Counted from the stretch's first letter, positions 49,685-62,700 are shown. The stretch is DNA of 64,000 nucleotides from Polyangiaceae bacterium (GCA_035063585.1 JAPSGB010000022.1:17071-81070), one strand, 5' to 3'. Notes: a model not told the origin generated them from the sequence alone. Numbers and translations are program-made.

Positions 49685-52600
49685 TCAGTCGATCCACGCG
49701 CGCGCGTTGTCGAACATCCGCATCCAGGGCGCGTCCTCGGCGAGCTCGCGCGGCCGCCAGGACCACTGGAGCGCGCGGAACACGCGCTCCGGGTGCGGCA
49801 TGAGGATGGTGGCGCGGCCATCCTCGCTGGTGAGCGCGGTGACGCCGCCGGGCGATCCGTTCGGGTTGCTCGGGTAGCGCTCGGTGGCCACGCCGTGAGC
49901 GTCGACGAAGCGCGCCGCCACCACGCCGGGCTCGCCGCCGGCCTCGACGCGACCCTCGCCGTGCGCGACCGCGATGGGCAAGATAGCGCCCGCCATCTCG
50001 CTGAAGAAGATGCTTGGCGACTCCTCGAGCCGCACCAGGGCGACCCGCGCCTCGAACTGCTCGGAGCGATTTCTCAGGAACCTCGGCCAGCGCGCGGCGC
50101 CGGGGATCAGCTCCTTCAGCTGCGAGAGCATCTGGCAGCCGTTGCAGACGCCGAGCGTGAAGGTGTCGGCGCGGTGGAAGAAGCGCTCGAAGGCGTCGCG
50201 AGCGCGCGCATGATAGAGGATCGACTTCGCCCAGCCGCCGCCCGCGCCGAGCACGTCGCCGTAGGAGAAGCCGCCGCACGCGACCAGCCCGCGGAACCCC
50301 TCGAGCTCGACCGTGCCTGCGAGCAGCTCGCTCATGTGCACGTCGACGGCGTCGAAGCCCGCGCGCTCGAAGGCGGCGGCCATCTCGAGTTGCCCGTTGA
50401 CGCCCTGCTCGCGGAGCACCGCGACCCGCGGGCGCTCGGCGCCGGCGCGGCGCGCCGCGCTGGCGCGCTCGTCGAAGACGAACGGCGCATGATAGCCGAG
50501 CCCGGGCGCGTCGCGCTCGACGCGGCTCGCCTGTTCTTCGTCGGCGCACGTCGCGTCGTCGCGGAGCGCCTGCATCCGATGCGTGGTCTCGCTCCAGATG
50601 GCGCGTAGCTCGTGGCGCTCCGCATCGAGGAGCGTGCGCCCGCCGCGCCGGATGACGACGCGCGCGCCCGCCGTCGGGCGCCCGAGCCGGTGCGCGTGCG
50701 CGCCGAACGCCGCCCGCACGGCCTCGGCGTCCTCCGCGCGCACCTCGAGCACCGCGCCGAGCTCCTCCGCGAAGAGCACCGCCGCGTCCTCGCCGGGCAG
50801 CGCACCGAGCTCGACGTCGAACCCGGTGCCGCCCGCAAAGGCCATCTCGAGGAGCGTCACCGCGAGCCCGCCGTCCGAGCGATCGTGGTAGGCGAGGATG
50901 CGCGCGCGCTCGGCGGCGAGCGTGCGGAAGAAGTCGGCGAACAGGGCCGGGTCGTCGAGGTCGGGGGGGACCGCGCCGATCTCTCCGTACACCTGCGCGA
51001 GCGCGCTCCCGCCGAGCCGGCACTTCCCCGCGCCGAGATCGACCAGAATCAATTCGGTATCTCCGCCCTCGAGGGCCGGGGTGAGCGCGCCGCGCACGTC
51101 TTCGATGGGCGCGACCGCGGTGACCACGAGCGAGAGCGGCGCGACCACGCTCTCCTCGCCCCACACCGTCTTCATGCTGAGCGAGTCTTTCCCTACCGGG
51201 ATCGCGACGCCGAGCGCGGGGCAGAGCTCGGCGCCGACCGCGCGGACGGCGTCGTAGAGCTTGGCGTCTTCGCCGGGGTGTCCTGCGGCCGCCATCCAGT
51301 TCGCGCTGAGCTTCACGTCGCCGAGCGCGCGGACGGGCGCGCTCGCGAGGTTGGTGAGCGCCTCGCCGACCGCCATCCGCGCCGATGCGGCTGCGTCGAG
51401 GATGGCGAGCGGCGCGCGCTCGCCCATCGCCATCGCCTCGCCGGCGTGGCCGCGGAAGCTCGCTGCGGTGACCGCCGCGTCCGCGACCGGCACCTGATGG
51501 CGCCCCACCATCTGGTCGCGTACCACGAGCCCGGTCACGCTACGATCGCCGATCGTGACGAGGAACGTCTTGTCGGCGACGGTGGGCAGGCGGAGCACGC
51601 GCTCGAGCGCCTCGCGGAGGTCGAGCCGGGAGGCATCGAACGGCTCGAACGCGACCGGCTCATGCCTCGCGTCGCGCTGCATGCGCGGCGGCTTACCGAG
51701 CAGGACCTCGAGCGGGAGCTCGATGGGGCGGTCGCCGAGGTGCGCGTCATCCATCAACAGAACCTGCGCGCTCGTCGCGTGGCCGAGCACCGCGTACGGG
51801 CAACGTTCGCGGCGCGCGATGGCCTCGAACGCCGCGAGCCGCTCGCTCGGGATGGCGAGCACGTAGCGCTCCTGCGCCTCGTTGCACCAGAGCTCGAGCG
51901 GCGAGAGCCCGGGCTCGTCGCTCGGCACGCGCCGGAGCTCGAGCCGCGCGCCGCGCCCCCCGCCGTGCACGAGCTCGGGCACCGCGTTCGAGAGGCCGCC
52001 GGCGCCGACGTCGTGGATGCTCGCGAGCGGGCTGTTCTCGCCGAGCGCCCAGCAGGCGTCGATGACCTCTTGACAGCGCCGCTGCATCTCGGCGTTGTCG
52101 CGCTGCACGGAGGCGAAATCGAGCTCGGCCGCGCTCTGGCCGCTCGCCACGCTGCTCGCCGCGCCGCCCCCGAGCCCGATGAGCATCGCCGGACCGCCGA
52201 GCACCACGATGGCCGCGCCCTCCGGCACCGGCGCTTTCTCGACGTGCTCCGCGCGAATGTTGGCGATGCCGCCGGCGATCATGATGGGCTTGTGATAGCC
52301 GCGCACCTCGCGGCCGCGCGGGCCGGGGACCTCGAGCTCGAAGGTGCGGAAGGTGCCGGTGAGCGCTGGACGCCCGAACTCGTTGTTGAAGGCGGCGCCG
52401 CCGATGGGCCCCTCGAGCATGATGTCGAGCGCGCTCGCGATGCGCTCGGGTTTCCGCGCCGCGCGCTCCCACGGGCGGATGGCGCCGGGGAGCCGCAGGT
52501 TCGAAACCGAGAACCCGACCAGCCCCGCCTTCGGCTTGGCGCCGCGCCCGGTCGCGCCCTCGTCCCGGATCTCGCCACCCGAGCCGGTCGCGGCGCCCGG

Positions 52601-53527
52601 CGCCGGCGCGATCGCGGTCGGGTGGTTGTGCGTCTCGACCTTCATCGCGACGTGGATCGGTTCCGTGTGAAACTCATAGCGGCGGGTCTTGGGGTTCGGG
52701 AAGAAGCGCGCGCCCGTAGTTCCCTCGATGACGGCCGCGTTGTCGTGATAGGCCGAGAGCACGCCGGCCGGGCTCGCCTCGGTGCTCGCGCGGATCAGCG
52801 AGAACAGCGAGCGCGCCTGCGGCGTGCCGTCGAGCGTGAAGCTCGCGTTGAAGATCTTGTGCCGGCAGTGCTCGCTGTTCGCCTGCGCGAACATCATGAG
52901 CTCGACGTCGGTCGGATCGCGCCCAAGCGCGCCGAACGCTTCCATGAGGTAGTCGATTTCGTCTGGCGCCAGCGCGAGCCCGAGGGTCTGGTTGGCTTGG
53001 GTCAGCGCGTCGCGGCCGGCGGCGCGGAGCGGGATCCTGGTGAGCGGCCGAGGCGCGGCGCGCTCGAAGAGCGCGCGAGCCGCCTCGGGCGCATCGAGCA
53101 CGCTCTCGGTCATTCGATCATGGAGCGCGGCGCGGAGCGCGGCCTCGTCGCGGACTGCGCCCGCCACGCACCAGTCGACCCCGCGCTCGAGCCGGCGCAC
53201 CTTCTCGAGCCCTGAGTTTCGCGCGATGTCGGTCGCCTTGCTCGACCAGGGGGAGCGCGTGCCGAGCCGCGGCACTACGATGAAGCGGTGCCGCTCGCCG
53301 GGCGACGGGGTGGCGCCGGGCGAGCCGGCGAGGGGAGGCGTCGCGGCATAGTCGAGCAGGTGGGCGAGGACGGCGCGCTCGCTCGCCGAGAGCTCGCCAT
53401 CGGTGTCGGCGAAGTGCACGAAGCGCGCGGCTGCGCTGGTGACGCCCAGCTCGAGCTCGCGGAGCGTCGCGACGCGCCGTGAGAGCCCCGCGCGCGACAG
53501 CGCCTCTCCGCCCGGTAGGATCAGCAT
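49685..53527 (-). CDS. purL: Phosphoribosylformylglycinamidine synthase (large single-chain PurL)
   Basis: [63 protein letters not shown] and MPHPER motifs. Confidence 0.98.
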   Translation of the reverse strand: MLILPGGEALSRAGLSRRVATLRELELGVTSAAARFVHFADTDGELSASERAVLAHLLDYAATPPLAGSPGATPSPGERHRFIVVPRLGTRSPWSSKATDIARNSGLEKVRRLERGVDWCVAGAVRDEAALRAALHDRMTESVLDAPEAARALFERAAPRPLTRIPLRAAGRDALTQANQTLGLALAPDEIDYLMEAFGALGRDPTDVELMMFAQANSEHCRHKIFNASFTLDGTPQARSLFSLIRASTEASPAGVLSAYHDNAAVIEGTTGARFFPNPKTRRYEFHTEPIHVAMKVETHNHPTAIAPAPGAATGSGGEIRDEGATGRGAKPKAGLVGFSVSNLRLPGAIRPWERAARKPERIASALDIMLEGPIGGAAFNNEFGRPALTGTFRTFELEVPGPRGREVRGYHKPIMIAGGIANIRAEHVEKAPVPEGAAIVVLGGPAMLIGLGGGAASSVASGQSAAELDFASVQRDNAEMQRRCQEVIDACWALGENSPLASIHDVGAGGLSNAVPELVHGGGRGARLELRRVPSDEPGLSPLELWCNEAQERYVLAIPSERLAAFEAIARRERCPYAVLGHATSAQVLLMDDAHLGDRPIELPLEVLLGKPPRMQRDARHEPVAFEPFDASRLDLREALERVLRLPTVADKTFLVTIGDRSVTGLVVRDQMVGRHQVPVADAAVTAASFRGHAGEAMAMGERAPLAILDAAASARMAVGEALTNLASAPVRALGDVKLSANWMAAAGHPGEDAKLYDAVRAVGAELCPALGVAIPVGKDSLSMKTVWGEESVVAPLSLVVTAVAPIEDVRGALTPALEGGDTELILVDLGAGKCRLGGSALAQVYGEIGAVPPDLDDPALFADFFRTLAAERARILAYHDRSDGGLAVTLLEMAFAGGTGFDVELGALPGEDAAVLFAEELGAVLEVRAEDAEAVRAAFGAHAHRLGRPTAGARVVIRRGGRTLLDAERHELRAIWSETTHRMQALRDDATCADEEQASRVERDAPGLGYHAPFVFDERASAARRAGAERPRVAVLREQGVNGQLEMAAAFERAGFDAVDVHMSELLAGTVELEGFRGLVACGGFSYGDVLGAGGGWAKSILYHARARDAFERFFHRADTFTLGVCNGCQMLSQLKELIPGAARWPRFLRNRSEQFEARVALVRLEESPSIFFSEMAGAILPIAVAHGEGRVEAGGEPGVVAARFVDAHGVATERYPSNPNGSPGGVTALTSEDGRATILMPHPERVFRALQWSWRPRELAEDAPWMRMFDNARAWID

Positions 53528-53559
53528 GACCTCGAGGATGGCGCACCGAGGCACATCGT

Positions 53560-53603
53560 AAAATCTAATAATTACTGATTAGAAGCATAAGTAATTCCAT
53601 TGT
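53560..53603. promoter_or_regulatory. AT-rich operator region upstream of purL (palindrome plus LysR-type box)
   Basis: TCTAAT-N8-ATTAGA at 53564-53583 and CATAAG-N5-CCATTG at 53586-53602, an AT island in high-GC DNA. Confidence 0.6.
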
Positions 53604-53869
53604 ATGGCACATTCGGCGCGCGCGCGACGTCCGCCCGCTTCGCCGTCCGCTAGCCCCGCGACTCCCGCCGCCAGCGACCGTGGGCCTGCGGGCTCGCCCG
53701 CGCGGCCTCGGCCGGCGCGCGAGCTGACCTCCCGGCTCGCCCGCCGCGCCATGAAGCGTAACGTAATTCGTGTCTTATGCGGTTGGCACGCCTCCGCGCC
53801 GCGGGCCCGTCGTCTCGGCTGGTTTCGCGCCGCACCGACATGTCCCTACATATGGTATGAGGCGCGCCC

Positions 53870-55285
53870 ATGAAGAACGTCAGCTTGGCTTCGGCGGCGC
53901 TCGGCGCCGCGCTCGTCTCTCTGCTCCCGTCGGCGGCCCACGCGCAGAGCTGCGACCCGCCGCGGATCCTGTTCGTGATGGACGCCTCGTCGTCGATGCT
54001 GCAACAGATCTCGAGCGGCAGCGGCACCGTTACCAAGTGGAAAGCGGTGGAGGACGCGGTGCAGGCGGTCTTCGCGCGGTACACGGGCGCGGCGCAGTAC
54101 GGGCTGATGACCTTCCCGGGGCCGACCGGGCAGTGCTCGACCGGCACCGTGCGCGTGGACGTCGGCGCGGGCCGCGAGGCGGACATCGAGTCCGCGATCG
54201 GCTCGCTCACCATCCCCGCGAACAACCAGACGCCGGCCGGGCAGAGCCTGGTGGCGGCCTCGCAGTACCCCGGCATCACCGAGGCGGGGCGGAAGAACTA
54301 CGTCGTCTTCATGACCGATGGCTGGCAGTTCTGCGACATCCCGGGCTCAAGCGGCGCGCCGCGCTGCGCGACCAGCGCGGACTGCTCGCTGATGGGCGTA
54401 TCGAGCTGCCCCACCTGCAACTCGTGCCAGTCCGGCACGAGCGATCCGAATTGCGCCGGATACAACGCGGACGGCTGCTACTGCGTGCGCGAGTGGCCCG
54501 TGCTCGGCGTCCAGGAGCTCACCAAGACGGCGGTCCCGACTTACGTGGTGGGTTTCGGCGCCGCGACCGACGCGCGCACGCTGAACCGCGCGGCCTACGC
54601 CGGCGGCACGCCGCTCCCCGGATGCGACAAGGACAGCACCTCGCCGAGCTGCTACTTGCAAGCGACCTCGCCGTCGGAGCTCACCGACGCGCTCTCGGCG
54701 ATCGTGCAGGCCGTCGTGAGCGAGTCGTGCTCGGGCGCGTGCGGCATCGAGGGCACGCGCACCTGCACCGCGTCGGGGTGGTCCGCGTGCGACGCGCCGA
54801 GCACCACCGCGTGCCACACGGCGTGCGGCGACGGAGTAAAGGAGTGCGCTGGCGGCGTGCTCGGTCCGTGCTCGGTGACCTGCGGTGCAGGTGGCGCTGG
54901 TGGCGCGGCCGGCTCCGCAGGCGCGGCCGGCTCCGCAGGCGCGGCCGGTTCGGCGGGGACCGCCGCGGCGGCTGGCACGGCCGGCACCGCGGGCTCGGGC
55001 GCGACCGCCGGGGCGGGTGGTGGCTCGGCGGCGACGGGCGGCGCGGCGGCGACGGGCGGCGCGAGCGCCGGCACCGGGGGAGCGTCCGGCGGCGGTGCGC
55101 TCGGCGACGGCGGCCCCGAGGTGGACTCGGGTACCGCCGCGACCGGCGGCCACGGCAACGCCGAGAGCGGCGACGATGGCTCGTGCGGGTGTCGGGTCGG
55201 CGCGGAATCTCGCGTGCCGGGCGGCGCAGGCGCGCTCGGCTTTGCGCTCCTCGGCCTCGCGGGGCTCGCGCGCCGGCGTCGCTGA
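53870..55285 (+). CDS. VWA-domain, Cys-rich, MYXO-CTERM surface protein
   Basis: Signal peptide AHA, MIDAS DASSSM with TP and MTDG, Gly/Ala linker, SCGC + TM + RRRR. Confidence 0.88.
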   Translation: MKNVSLASAALGAALVSLLPSAAHAQSCDPPRILFVMDASSSMLQQISSGSGTVTKWKAVEDAVQAVFARYTGAAQYGLMTFPGPTGQCSTGTVRVDVGAGREADIESAIGSLTIPANNQTPAGQSLVAASQYPGITEAGRKNYVVFMTDGWQFCDIPGSSGAPRCATSADCSLMGVSSCPTCNSCQSGTSDPNCAGYNADGCYCVREWPVLGVQELTKTAVPTYVVGFGAATDARTLNRAAYAGGTPLPGCDKDSTSPSCYLQATSPSELTDALSAIVQAVVSESCSGACGIEGTRTCTASGWSACDAPSTTACHTACGDGVKECAGGVLGPCSVTCGAGGAGGAAGSAGAAGSAGAAGSAGTAAAAGTAGTAGSGATAGAGGGSAATGGAAATGGASAGTGGASGGGALGDGGPEVDSGTAATGGHGNAESGDDGSCGCRVGAESRVPGGAGALGFALLGLAGLARRRR

Positions 55286-55304
55286 GCCCCGCGCTCGGCG
55301 AGCG

Positions 55305-55835
55305 CTAGAAATAGTAGCGCGCGTTCAGCGCGCCGCCGATCCCGAAGGCGAGGTTCACCCCGTCGTCGTCGAGCACGTGCAGCACGGGCACGCCCTCCAC
55401 GTTGAGATCGATCGAGGCCTTGTTGAAGGTGAGCCCGAGCCCGACCGGGAGCTCGGCGCCGAGCCCGAAGCCGCCGTTGCCGAGGTAGAGGTTCGCACCG
55501 GGGCCGAAGAACCACACGAGATCCGTCGAGCTCCACGAGTGGAGCTTCGAGGGCCAAAATAGGTAATCGACTCGGCCGCCGAAGCCGACGTGGGCGTCGC
55601 CGTGGCCGCCGGAGTCGCGCAGGTAGAGGACGGGATCGAGCTGGAGCGACGAGCCCGAGCTCAAGAAATAGTTCATGCTGACGCCGAGGCCGGGGTAGCC
55701 GACCACGGCGCCGAGGCCGAACTTCCCGCTCTGGTGCGGATCGTCGGCCTGAGCGCTCGAGGGGGCCAGCCAGGCGGCGGCGCAGGCGAGGGCCGCGACG
55801 GCGAGCTTGCAGGTTCGTTGGGTGACGGGGGTCAT
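55305..55835 (-). CDS. Small outer-membrane beta-barrel-like protein
   Basis: Signal peptide AQA, FGLG.VVG.P.GLS, alternating beta strands, C-terminal ARYYF. Confidence 0.78.
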   Translation of the reverse strand: MTPVTQRTCKLAVAALACAAAWLAPSSAQADDPHQSGKFGLGAVVGYPGLGVSMNYFLSSGSSLQLDPVLYLRDSGGHGDAHVGFGGRVDYLFWPSKLHSWSSTDLVWFFGPGANLYLGNGGFGLGAELPVGLGLTFNKASIDLNVEGVPVLHVLDDDGVNLAFGIGGALNARYYF

Positions 55836-55978
55836 CGTGGATCTCTCGGTTAGGGTTAGAGCCCCGCGCTCTCTGCGCGAGGTAAGAGGGCGGTCTCGGC
55901 GCGCGGCGCTCCGTTGGCGCCCAGGCCGAGATCGCCGGACTCGGCGCTCCATAAGGCCCGGTCGGCGGACCGGTAGCC

Positions 55979-58183
<2,205 letters not shown>

Positions 58184-58214
58184 GGCGGGACGATACTACG
58201 CCGCCCCCCGCGCC

Positions 58215-58829
58215 TCAGCGCGCGTACGGGAACATCGTCTGCGCCGCCTGCACGACCATGCCGCGCGGGACGCTCCCGGTCTCGTCCACCGGGTAGTTGT
58301 CGCTCTGGATCCCCACCGAGCGGATCGCGGTCACGTCCACCTGGCCGCGCACCCGATACTTGATGGAGGGGCTCGCCACCGTCTCGGCGAGGAGCGGCAT
58401 CACGAGCGGCCACGGAATGACGACCGGCGCTTCGACGATGGTGGTGCCGTCGCCCGGGAGCCACTGGTTCGGGCTGTACGCGACGGGCGGGAGCGCCCAG
58501 CGCCCCTGCACCACGCTCTCCACCCGCACGTTGCGGATCTGGACGTCGAAGCCGTTCGGGTTGTTCACCCGCAGGTAGACGGTCATCACGATCCCGCTCG
58601 GCCCGACCTGGCTCACCTGCGCGTGAGCGAGCTCCATGGTCGGCTTGTGCACGCATCCGGCGCCGAGCGTCGCGAGGACGAGCGCGGCGGCGAGGGCGCC
58701 GAGCGCGCGCGAGAGCGCGCCGCGCGAGCGGATCGGTTCACCTCGGCCGCTCCCGCGAGCGGCCCTCGGCTCGGCGCGCCCTCGCGCCGCGCGGTTCCGC
58801 GCCGGACCGACCACCCTCCCGCGGGTCAT
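58215..58829 (-). CDS. LEA_2 (WHy) domain lipoprotein
   Basis: LRVNNPNGF motif, lipobox GAGC, ATGA overlap with the PPOX gene. N-terminal extension uncertain. Confidence 0.82.
   Translation of the reverse strand: MTRGRVVGPARNRAARGRAEPRAARGSGRGEPIRSRGALSRALGALAAALVLATLGAGCVHKPTMELAHAQVSQVGPSGIVMTVYLRVNNPNGFDVQIRNVRVESVVQGRWALPPVAYSPNQWLPGDGTTIVEAPVVIPWPLVMPLLAETVASPSIKYRVRGQVDVTAIRSVGIQSDNYPVDETGSVPRGMVVQAAQTMFPYAR
58787..58820 (+). repeat. REP-like hairpin repeat copy (type A)
   Basis: CCGCGCGGTTCCGCGCCGGACCGACCACCCTCCC, including the CACCCTCC tail found in the tandem units. Confidence 0.72.
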
Positions 58830-59236
58830 TCTTTGCCCGGCGGCGCTTCGGTGAGCTCGATGCGGAGCCAGGCTCGCCGCTTCGTCCGGCCGGCGAGGCC
58901 CGCCGCGACGTCGAGGATGAACCCCTGAAATCCGTACTTCTTCCGGATGGCTGCGTGGGCGCGCGCGACCTCGCGCGCGTCTTCGATGAGCGAGCAGCGC
59001 GCCTCGTACCAGGGGCCGTGGACGACGCCGCGCACCGAGCAGCCGGCGACGCGCCCGCGCGGGTCGCGCCGGATGCGCGCGACCTTGTACGAGCGGCCCT
59101 CGCTGAAGACGACGAGCCCGCCATCGAGCGGCGCAGCCCAGACGGGCGTCTTTACGCCGCTCCCATCCTTGCGGAAGGTCTCGAGGCTCACGTAGCGCTC
59201 TCGGTCGAGCGGCGTCCCGTCCATGAGAGGAGTCAT
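58826..59236 (-). CDS. PPOX-class F420/FMN-dependent oxidoreductase
   Basis: YVSLETFRKDGSGVKTPVW, KVARIRRDP and C..RG..KKYG motifs. Confidence 0.85.
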   Translation of the reverse strand: MTPLMDGTPLDRERYVSLETFRKDGSGVKTPVWAAPLDGGLVVFSEGRSYKVARIRRDPRGRVAGCSVRGVVHGPWYEARCSLIEDAREVARAHAAIRKKYGFQGFILDVAAGLAGRTKRRAWLRIELTEAPPGKE

Positions 59237-59264
59237 CGGGCGGGGCCGGGCGCGCGGCAAGCGA

Positions 59265-59296
59265 GAAAGGGCGAAAGGGAGAAAGGGCGAAAGGGC
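59265..59296 (+). repeat. 8-bp purine-rich tandem repeat (GAAAGGGM x4)
   Basis: GAAAGGGC GAAAGGGA GAAAGGGC GAAAGGGC between divergent genes. Confidence 0.85.
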
Positions 59297-59347
59297 GAAG
59301 AAGAAACTTCCAGATTCGGGAGGCAATGGGTGATATCTTCGCCGGCC

Positions 59348-59752
59348 ATGCGGGGTACTCTCACGGGTTCGGTGATCGTCGTCGCCGGCGCGCTGCTCGC
59401 GTGCCGCGCCAAGCTCGATGGCAACATCACGGTGGACGGGAAGAGCTTCGAGGCGGACGCCTGTCGCTCCGGGGAGGCGTTCCTCCCCAAGTTCTCCGGG
59501 GTCGATTTCACCAACAAGAGCAATGACCGCCTGCGCTTCCAGGTGCTCGACACCGGCGAGCTGCAGGTGGCGCTGTTCCCGGGCGGCGCGGAGACGGGGC
59601 CGGTCATCGGCGTCGGGTGCGGCACGCTCACCATGAAGCGGCAGAACAGCAAGGTGAACGACATCGAGAACATCGAGGGCACCATCAGCGCGACTTGTTC
59701 GGGCAACGGCCACGAGGTGAAGGCCACCGTCAACTTCAAGAACTGCCACTGA
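59348..59752 (+). CDS. Small beta-rich lipoprotein
   Basis: Lipobox LLAC, four further Cys, terminal FKNCH. Confidence 0.75.
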   Translation: MRGTLTGSVIVVAGALLACRAKLDGNITVDGKSFEADACRSGEAFLPKFSGVDFTNKSNDRLRFQVLDTGELQVALFPGGAETGPVIGVGCGTLTMKRQNSKVNDIENIEGTISATCSGNGHEVKATVNFKNCH

Positions 59753-59777
59753 CGGAGGCAGGTGCCGCCCCGCGGCG

Positions 59778-59794
59778 CATAAGTAGTGCTAATG
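59778..59794. promoter_or_regulatory. LysR-type T-N11-A autoregulatory box
   Basis: Imperfect palindrome CATAAG-TAGTG-CTAATG, 8 bp before the LysR ATG. Confidence 0.6.
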
Positions 59795-59802
59795 GATTAT
59801 CC

Positions 59803-60753
59803 ATGAATTCATTGGCGAAAGCAGGGAGAGCTCTGCCCCCGAGCCCGCTCTCGAGCGAGCGTCTCCGCGTATTCGTGGTGGTCGTGCGCCGCGGCGGGTT
59901 CTCGGCGGCGGCGCGCGCGCTCGGCGTCACGCAGCCGTCGGTGAGCCAGTCGGTGGCGCAGCTCGAGCGCGAGCTCGGCGCCGCGCTCCTGGTCCGTGAG
60001 GGGCGCGCGGTTCACCTCACCGAGGCCGGGAGGCTCTTCTTACCGCTCGCCGAGCGCGTGCTCGACGAAGGCGAGGCGGCGCGCGCGGCGCTCGCCGAGC
60101 TCGGCGAGCTCGAGACGGGGCGGCTGGTGGTCGGCACCACGGACACCTTCGCGCTCTACCTCCTGCCCGCGGCGCTGCGCGCGTTCCGCGAGCGCTACCC
60201 CGGCGTCGAGCTCCGGCTCGATACCGCGCCGTCGCCCGCCATCGCGGCGCGCGTCGCCTCGCGCGAGGTCGACGTCGGCGTGGTGTCGTTGCCGCTCGCG
60301 GGCGGCGAGGCCCACGGGCTCGAGAGCGTGCGGCTCGCCGCGCTCACCGACGTGGTGGTCGCGCCGCCCGCGCACCCGCTCGCGTCTCGCCGCCGCGTGC
60401 GGCTCGACGCGCTCGCCGGCGAGCCGCTCATCTTGCTCGATCGCACCACGGCCACCCGCGCGCACCTCGAGGCCGGGTTCGCGACCCTCCCCGAGGCGCC
60501 GCGGGTCGTGATGGAGACGAACAGCGTCGAGGTGCAAAAAAAGCTGGTCGAGCTCGGCTTCGGGCTCGCCATCTTGCCGTCGCTCGCGGTCGCGCACGAG
60601 GTCCGCGCGCGCCGGCTCGTCGCGGTGCCGCTCGAGCGCCAAGGCTCGGGGCGTCACGCAGGGCTAGTATGGGCCGGCGCGAAGCCGCGCGGCCCGGCTT
60701 CGCGCGCGTTCATCGAGCTCGCTCGCGCGACGCACGCGGAGCGCTGCGACTGA
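59803..60753 (+). CDS. LysR-family transcriptional regulator
   Basis: HTH FSAAARALGVTQPSVSQSVAQLERELG..LTEAG, FRERYPGVEL, LVELGFGLAILP. Confidence 0.95.
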   Translation: MNSLAKAGRALPPSPLSSERLRVFVVVVRRGGFSAAARALGVTQPSVSQSVAQLERELGAALLVREGRAVHLTEAGRLFLPLAERVLDEGEAARAALAELGELETGRLVVGTTDTFALYLLPAALRAFRERYPGVELRLDTAPSPAIAARVASREVDVGVVSLPLAGGEAHGLESVRLAALTDVVVAPPAHPLASRRRVRLDALAGEPLILLDRTTATRAHLEAGFATLPEAPRVVMETNSVEVQKKLVELGFGLAILPSLAVAHEVRARRLVAVPLERQGSGRHAGLVWAGAKPRGPASRAFIELARATHAERCD

Positions 60754-60764
60754 CGCGGCGCGGG

Positions 60765-62339
60765 TCAGGGCGCGGCGGGCTTCGGTAGCCAGAGCTCGAC
60801 CGCGCGCGCCGCCGGCTCGCCGGGGCCCGAGCTCGGATCGAGCCAGCCCGAGGTGTAGTCCACCACCGCGCGCGCCCGGCCGGCGGCCGCGAGCGGGTCG
60901 TCATCCGCCGCGTAGTCGAACGGGATGGCGCGCAGGGTGAGGTTACCGTCCCCCTGGTCCCAGAGCTCGAACATCCGCGCCTGACCCGGGAAATCCGCGA
61001 GCGAGTCCGTCTCGATCTCCCAGTACGTGTGGCCGCTCGTCGGGTGCACCGCGGTCACCGTGTAGACGTGGGTGTGCGCCGCGAGGTGCGCGAGCACGTT
61101 CGGGTAGCTGCCGAGCAGCTCGTGCCAGTCGTCGGTGGTGAGGGTATTTTCCTGCTTCTTGCCGCCGAAACCGCTGCCGTCCGTGAACGAGCGCGCGGGG
61201 TGGTGCGAGGTGACGATCACCCATTTGCCGTCCGCCTGCGCCTGCTCGAGCGCCGGCTTGATGAAGCCGTCCACGTCCTCCTGGCGGATCATGCCGTCGG
61301 CCGAGCCGGTATCCGGCGTCGTGTCGAGCACGACGAAGCGGAGCGGGCTCGAGGGCGCGTCGAAGGTGTAGAAGGCCGCACCGTAGCTCACCGTCGCGTC
61401 GTCGAGCCCGTGACCGTCCGCGTCGCCCGCGACCTTCGCGACCAGCTCGGCGCGGCTCAGCGGCTTGCGGCGCGGATCCGGGATCACCTCGCCGCTGACG
61501 ATCGGGCCGCCCGGCTGGGACCAATCCCGCGTGCCGCCCGACGCCTGAGCGCCGACGTACACCTCCACCTTCGGCGCAGTCGGGAAGTTACCTTGGTTCA
61601 GGACGTCGTGGTTTCCGCTGACCCACTTCCACGGCACGTCGAGGCCCTCGGAGGCGAGCGGATCCTTCGGGTCGTTGTTGGCGCCCCGGACGGGGTCGTC
61701 GTCGGCGCCCGAGTCGCACTCGACCGAGCTCGTACCGTTCAGGATGGCGAGGAACCAATCGTTCTCGTTGTCTTGCGCGTTGTCGGCGTTGTCGCCGCCG
61801 AGCAAGACGAAGTCGAGCGGGAACTGTCGGCCTACCGCGTTGATGGTCCGCACGGCGGCGCGGAGCACGTAGCACTCGTAGGCCTCCTGCGGGCGGAACG
61901 CGCCGGCGGTGGCGCCGGCGGCGTCGAAGTTCGCGAGCCGCGCCGGTGATTCGTCGTCGGCGAGCTGCGTGTCGGCGAGGTGCACCCAGCGGGTGAGGAG
62001 CGTCGCGCTCGGGTTCGCCGCGGGTGGCGCCGTGCCGTCGAGCGTCGCGCCGTGGATCGTCTCGGCCGGGCCCTTCACCAAGTCGCCGTAGCCGTCGGCG
62101 AGGAGCTGCTCGAGTGAGTCGGGATCCTTGGGCACCAGCTCGGTCGGCTGGCTCGGCCGCTCCTTCACGGGCTGGAGCGTCCCGTCGGTGACGAACGAGG
62201 CCGACGCGAGCGGCTTCAAGCGCTTCGGGCCGCTCGAGCCGCCGCCGTCGTCGTCGCTCGACGAGCAGGCGACCGCGCCGGAGAGCGAGAGGAGCGCCGC
62301 GAGGAAGTAGTGGCCGACACCGATTCGGACGAGAGACAT
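60765..62339 (-). CDS. Calcineurin-like metallophosphoesterase lipoprotein
   Basis: HLADTQ.DDESP, GGDNADN, GNHD, SHH and AHTH motifs. Lipobox AVAC. Confidence 0.85.
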   Translation of the reverse strand: MSLVRIGVGHYFLAALLSLSGAVACSSSDDDGGGSSGPKRLKPLASASFVTDGTLQPVKERPSQPTELVPKDPDSLEQLLADGYGDLVKGPAETIHGATLDGTAPPAANPSATLLTRWVHLADTQLADDESPARLANFDAAGATAGAFRPQEAYECYVLRAAVRTINAVGRQFPLDFVLLGGDNADNAQDNENDWFLAILNGTSSVECDSGADDDPVRGANNDPKDPLASEGLDVPWKWVSGNHDVLNQGNFPTAPKVEVYVGAQASGGTRDWSQPGGPIVSGEVIPDPRRKPLSRAELVAKVAGDADGHGLDDATVSYGAAFYTFDAPSSPLRFVVLDTTPDTGSADGMIRQEDVDGFIKPALEQAQADGKWVIVTSHHPARSFTDGSGFGGKKQENTLTTDDWHELLGSYPNVLAHLAAHTHVYTVTAVHPTSGHTYWEIETDSLADFPGQARMFELWDQGDGNLTLRAIPFDYAADDDPLAAAGRARAVVDYTSGWLDPSSGPGEPAARAVELWLPKPAAP

Positions 62340-62700
62340 GCCCCGGAGGATACCCGCGCCCGCCCCGCCCCGGTAGGTAGCTCGCCATTTCGAGCCACAA
62401 ACGCGCACTCGCGCACCCGCGCAGCGGCGGGGGGAGCAGTTGCGAAGCAAGCTGCGGGGGGCGAAGGCCCCCCACAAGACCAATCCCACGCCGCACCTCA
62501 CGTCGCTCCGACACGGCCGGCCGCCCGTCAGGTCATCGGGTCACCCGCCGCTCCAGCGCGCCGATATTCCCGACCGACGCTCCACGAATCCGGCTAGCAT
62601 CGCGCCGTGGAGCGGGTGAGAGGAAGCTCCGCGGCGCGGTGCCGCCGGCGAGCGTCCTTTCCGAGGTTATGGGGCGACCGGCCTCGCAGGAGTAGCAGCG

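Noticed and set aside
50612..53215. 867-aa plus-strand ORF
   Set aside because: Antisense shadow of purL.
53783..53800. Sigma54 promoter (TTGGCACG...) upstream of the VWA gene
   Set aside because: The GC dinucleotide is not at GG-N10-GC spacing and TTGC is absent.
53604..53873. 89-aa ORF as a gene or LysR pseudogene
   Set aside because: Only a vague N-terminal resemblance to the LysR and no HTH, so not called.
54890..55090. 18-bp GGCGCGGCCGGCTCCGCA tandem repeats
   Set aside because: Encode an ordinary GAAGSA Gly/Ala linker common in myxobacterial surface proteins.
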